Of a stretch of DNA of 37,183 bases, positions 34,309 through 37,183 are shown piece after piece; positions within the stretch are counted from its first letter, which is position 1, and each line of letters starts with the position of its first letter. Below the pieces are notes generated by a model that saw only the letters and a list, made by a program, of their open reading frames with translations, did no database searches and had not been told where the DNA came from. The DNA is from a virus (taxonomy: Duplodnaviria; Caudoviricetes): positions 1 through 37,183 of the IMG/VR virus record IMGVR_UViG_3300012942_000086; one strand, 5' to 3'. The translations under genes were made by a program, and so were the position numbers.

Positions 34309-34761
34309 ATGGCCACGGAGAAGTACGACGCGCGCGGATGCACGTTCGAGATCGCGGTCGGCGCGACGCCGTCGTGGACCGCGATCGGCGGGATCAACAC
34401 CTTCACCAAGTCGAACGCGAACGAGAAGGACACCGACGTCACCGACTACTCGTCCAACGGCGAGTACGAGGGCCAGATGATGCAGCGCGGCCAGTCCCTC
34501 AAGCTGGAGGGCTTCCGCCTGCTCGACCCGACGACGGGTGCGGGCGACCCCGGCCAGGCGGCCGTGGAGACCCTGGCCAAGGGCATCGGGAACGCCTCGC
34601 TCGGGCAGATCCGCTTCTGCGCGCCAGGCGACACCGAGTACGAGGTGTGGACCTGCTACGCCTCCATGGGCGACCAGGGCGGCGACCAGAACGCCAAGGT
34701 GTCGTGGAGCGTGACGTTCACCCGCTCCGGCGCGGCGTCCTCGATGGCGGTCGGCGCGTGA
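34309..34761 (+). CDS. Major tail tube protein
   Basis: WTAIGGINTF, DVTDYSS, DPGQAAVE, WSVTFTRSG; SD GAGGAGG. Confidence 0.85.
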   Translation: MATEKYDARGCTFEIAVGATPSWTAIGGINTFTKSNANEKDTDVTDYSSNGEYEGQMMQRGQSLKLEGFRLLDPTTGAGDPGQAAVETLAKGIGNASLGQIRFCAPGDTEYEVWTCYASMGDQGGDQNAKVSWSVTFTRSGAASSMAVGA

Positions 34762-35246
34762 CCGCGCCCGACCCGGTCGAGACCGACCACCAGTCCTGGG
34801 ACCAGTTCTGGCAGGAGATCGGCGGCGCCGCCCGCACGGAGACCGTGCGCGGCGTCACCATCACCGTCCCCACCGACCTGCCTCTCTCGATTCAGGCGCG
34901 CCTCGACGCGGCGATCGAGGACGAAGAGCAGGTACAGAGCCTCGCCGCGGACCTGTTCGGCCCCGGCAAGCTCGACGAGCTGATCGCGGCCGGTGTGGGC
35001 GCGCAGGAGTTCGTGACGCTGGTGGCGTGGGCGATCGCCCAGGTCGAGCGCCCCGACCTGACGTTCCGTGAGGCGTGGGAGCAGGTCCAGGCGCAGCGGG
35101 AGCGTGCCCGCGCGGGAAACCTGCCGGGCCCGGCGAACCGGGCCGCCCGACGCGCCTCCACTACGCGATCCGCCACTGGTGGTGGGCCATCGAAGCGGAC
35201 TACCGCCGCGAGTACGGGCTCCGCCCGGAAGACATCGCGGCGCTGA
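34758..35246 (+). CDS. Tail assembly chaperone (gpG-like)
   Basis: GTGA overlap with the major tail gene; contains the slippery site. Confidence 0.8.
   Translation: MTAPDPVETDHQSWDQFWQEIGGAARTETVRGVTITVPTDLPLSIQARLDAAIEDEEQVQSLAADLFGPGKLDELIAAGVGAQEFVTLVAWAIAQVERPDLTFREAWEQVQAQRERARAGNLPGPANRAARRASTTRSATGGGPSKRTTAASTGSARKTSRR
35114..35120 (+). other. -1 programmed ribosomal frameshift site G GGA AAC
   Basis: X XXY YYZ heptamer in frame with the chaperone; the -1 frame is open to 35371. Confidence 0.85.
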
Positions 35247-35371
35247 CGTCCCGCCAGTTCCGGGCGCTCCTCGCCGGGCTGTCCCCGGACTCGGCGTTCC
35301 GCCGGGCGGCCGGTTCCTACCTCGCCACTGTCGACGACCCACACGCCGTCCGCGCGGCACTGCACAGCTGA
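35114..35371 (+). CDS. Tail assembly chaperone -1 frame extension (gpT-like)
   Basis: WWAIEADYRREYGL...FRALLAGLSPDSAF; no independent start with SD. Confidence 0.8.
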   Translation, partial: GKPAGPGEPGRPTRLHYAIRHWWWAIEADYRREYGLRPEDIAALTSRQFRALLAGLSPDSAFRRAAGSYLATVDDPHAVRAALHS

Positions 35372-35395
35372 CCCCAGCACAGGGAGGAGCCTGCC

Positions 35396-37183
35396 GTGGG
35401 AATGACCGTCGGCGACCTGGTCGCGTATTTCCGGGTGGACACGAGCGCGGGGGACGCCGGTATCGCCGCCGCCGGGGCCGAGATGGCCGCCCTGGCCAAG
35501 TCGGCCGACGGCAACATGGCCGCCATCGAGAAGTCGTCCGGGGGCGCGGGGAAGGCGCTGGGGGACGCGCTCACGCAGGGCGCGAAGGCGGCCGGCCGCG
35601 CGGTGGATGGGGCGGCGCGGGACATCGCCCCGACGCTCGGCCGCGGCCTGGATGACGCGGCGCGGGACACGGCGCAGGGCGCAGAGCGGCTCGGCGCGGG
35701 CCTCGGCCGCACCCTCCTGGACAGCCTCGGCGGGGCGCTCAAGGGCATCGGCAGCAGCGTGACGGGGGCGCTGGGCACGGTCGGCGGCAAGATCGGCTCC
35801 GGTATCACCGACGCCGCCAAGGCAGCCCTCACCAAGGGGCTACCGGACGCGGCGTCGAGCGTCCTCGGCGCGATGAAGATCCCCACGGGGGCCATGTCGT
35901 CCAACCCGTATGTGGCCGCGGCGGGCGTGGCGCTGGCCGCCGCCATCGTGACCACCGCCGCCCCCGCGATCGGCGCGCTCCTTTCCGCGGCGACGATCTC
36001 CCTTGCGGGGATCGGCGTGATCGGCCTCGGCGCGGCGCTGCTCAAGGACAAGCCGGAGATCCAGTCGGCGATCAAGAAGCTGACCAGCACCGCCAAGAGC
36101 GAGTTGACGGCGGACGCGCAGCCGATGGTGAAGCCGCTCAAGGACGCCATCAACGGAGCGATGGGCGTCTTGAAGGACCCGACCGTCACGGCCGAGCTGA
36201 AGCAGGCTTTCCAGAGCGCTGCGGGGGACATCAAGCCGCTGTCCGACGGCCTCGACAACTTCGTCAAGAACGTCTTGCCCGGCTTCACGGCCGCGGTGCA
36301 GAACTCCGGCCCCGTCTTCCAGGCGATCGGCCAGGCGATGGGCAGCCTCGGCAGGTCGCTGGGGACAGCCCTGTCGATCATCAGCAAGGACGGCCCCGGC
36401 TCGGCGCAGATCATCGGCGACATCGCCACCGTCCTCGGCGGCCTCGTCGTTGCCGCCGCCGAGACCATCTCCGGCCTGACTCGCGCCTACACCACCGTCC
36501 GCGGCTGGATCATGGACGTCTACGGCCTGTTTGTTTGGCTCTACGACGAGTTGGTCGGGCACAGCGTGGTACCCGACATGGTCAACGCCATCATCCGCTG
36601 GATCGCGAGCCTGCCGGGGCGCGCGGCGGGGGCGCTTGCCGGCCTCGGCGGCGCCGTCCTCGGCAAGGTCTCCTCGGCGATGTCGTCTATGGTGTCCTCG
36701 GTGTCGTCGCACCTGTCGAGCGCGGTCCGCACCCTCGCCGGGCTCCCGGGCCGGGCCGTCTCTGCGATCGGCAACCTCGGCGGCCTGCTCTGGTCGGCCG
36801 GGTCATCGCTGATCGGCGGCCTGATCAACGGCATCGAGTCCGAGGTCGGCAACCTGCGCGGCCTGCTCGGCAGCATCACGAGCTGGATCCCGGACTGGAA
36901 GGGGCCGGCGGACCTCGATGCCCGGCTCCTGACGCCGAACGGCCGCCTGATCATGAAGGGCCTCACGACCGGCATCGCGGCTGGCGTGCCCGACGTCCGC
37001 GCGCAGCTCGGCGGATCACCGCCGGCATCCCCGGCATGGTCGGCACCGGCAGCCCCGCGGCCGCCGCAGCGACGGCGGCCGGGCCGGTCACGCTGCACAT
37101 CAACCTCGGCGGCCAGAAGATCGCCGAGGTCGTCCTCGACCCGCTGCGGAAGGCCATCGCGACCCGCGGCGGCAACGTCCAAG
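35396..37183 (+). CDS. Tape measure protein; continues across the circular junction; apparent 1-bp deletion near 37014
   Basis: GTG at 35396 after SD GGAGGAG. Ala/Gly-rich helical sequence (MTVGDLVAYFRVDT...WIPDWKGP) directly after the tail chaperones. No stop before the window end. Confidence 0.88.
   Translation, partial: MGMTVGDLVAYFRVDTSAGDAGIAAAGAEMAALAKSADGNMAAIEKSSGGAGKALGDALTQGAKAAGRAVDGAARDIAPTLGRGLDDAARDTAQGAERLGAGLGRTLLDSLGGALKGIGSSVTGALGTVGGKIGSGITDAAKAALTKGLPDAASSVLGAMKIPTGAMSSNPYVAAAGVALAAAIVTTAAPAIGALLSAATISLAGIGVIGLGAALLKDKPEIQSAIKKLTSTAKSELTADAQPMVKPLKDAINGAMGVLKDPTVTAELKQAFQSAAGDIKPLSDGLDNFVKNVLPGFTAAVQNSGPVFQAIGQAMGSLGRSLGTALSIISKDGPGSAQIIGDIATVLGGLVVAAAETISGLTRAYTTVRGWIMDVYGLFVWLYDELVGHSVVPDMVNAIIRWIASLPGRAAGALAGLGGAVLGKVSSAMSSMVSSVSSHLSSAVRTLAGLPGRAVSAIGNLGGLLWSAGSSLIGGLINGIESEVGNLRGLLGSITSWIPDWKGPADLDARLLTPNGRLIMKGLTTGIAAGVPDVRAQLGGSPPASPAWSAPAAPRPPQRRRPGRSRCTSTSAARRSPRSSSTRCGRPSRPAAATSK
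37061..37183 (+). repeat. 123-bp terminal direct repeat, right copy
   Basis: Identical to 1-123. Confidence 0.97.

Noticed and set aside
1-37183. tRNA, rRNA or IS elements
   Set aside because: No cloverleaf, rRNA-like stretch or transposase recognised by eye; tRNAscan or Infernal would be needed to exclude them formally.

Overview
This window is a complete, circularised temperate siphovirus genome from a high-GC actinomycete host (Streptomyces-like). It has 37,060 unique bp; positions 1-123 repeat exactly at 37061-37183. Modules: tail and receptor-binding genes (35396-end, 1-4126); lysis with an unusual papain-like peptidase, a GH25-like endolysin and a holin (4192-6226); an accessory island (6291-9730); an intact attP and a large serine integrase (9838-11577); an XRE repressor/Cro switch (11900-12839); early recombination and replication genes (Bet, Rep with iterons, SSB, WhiB; 12836-24812); and late packaging, head and tail genes (24918-35371), including a G GGA AAC -1 frameshift tail chaperone. 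The standout is 6755-8355. It holds a cas-less cassette of CRISPR repeats from apparently different systems: a degenerate type I-E mini-array with exact 29/32/29/32/29 spacing, two more I-E repeats with a truncated or absent spacer, and type I-C-like repeats at both ends. The cassette sits in an operon with two near-identical promoters carrying a palindromic operator, a small acidic ORF, an HTH ORF and an orphan ORF. This suggests a combined RNA plus protein anti-CRISPR or CRISPR-hijack locus. All product calls come from motif recognition and synteny; no database searches were run.
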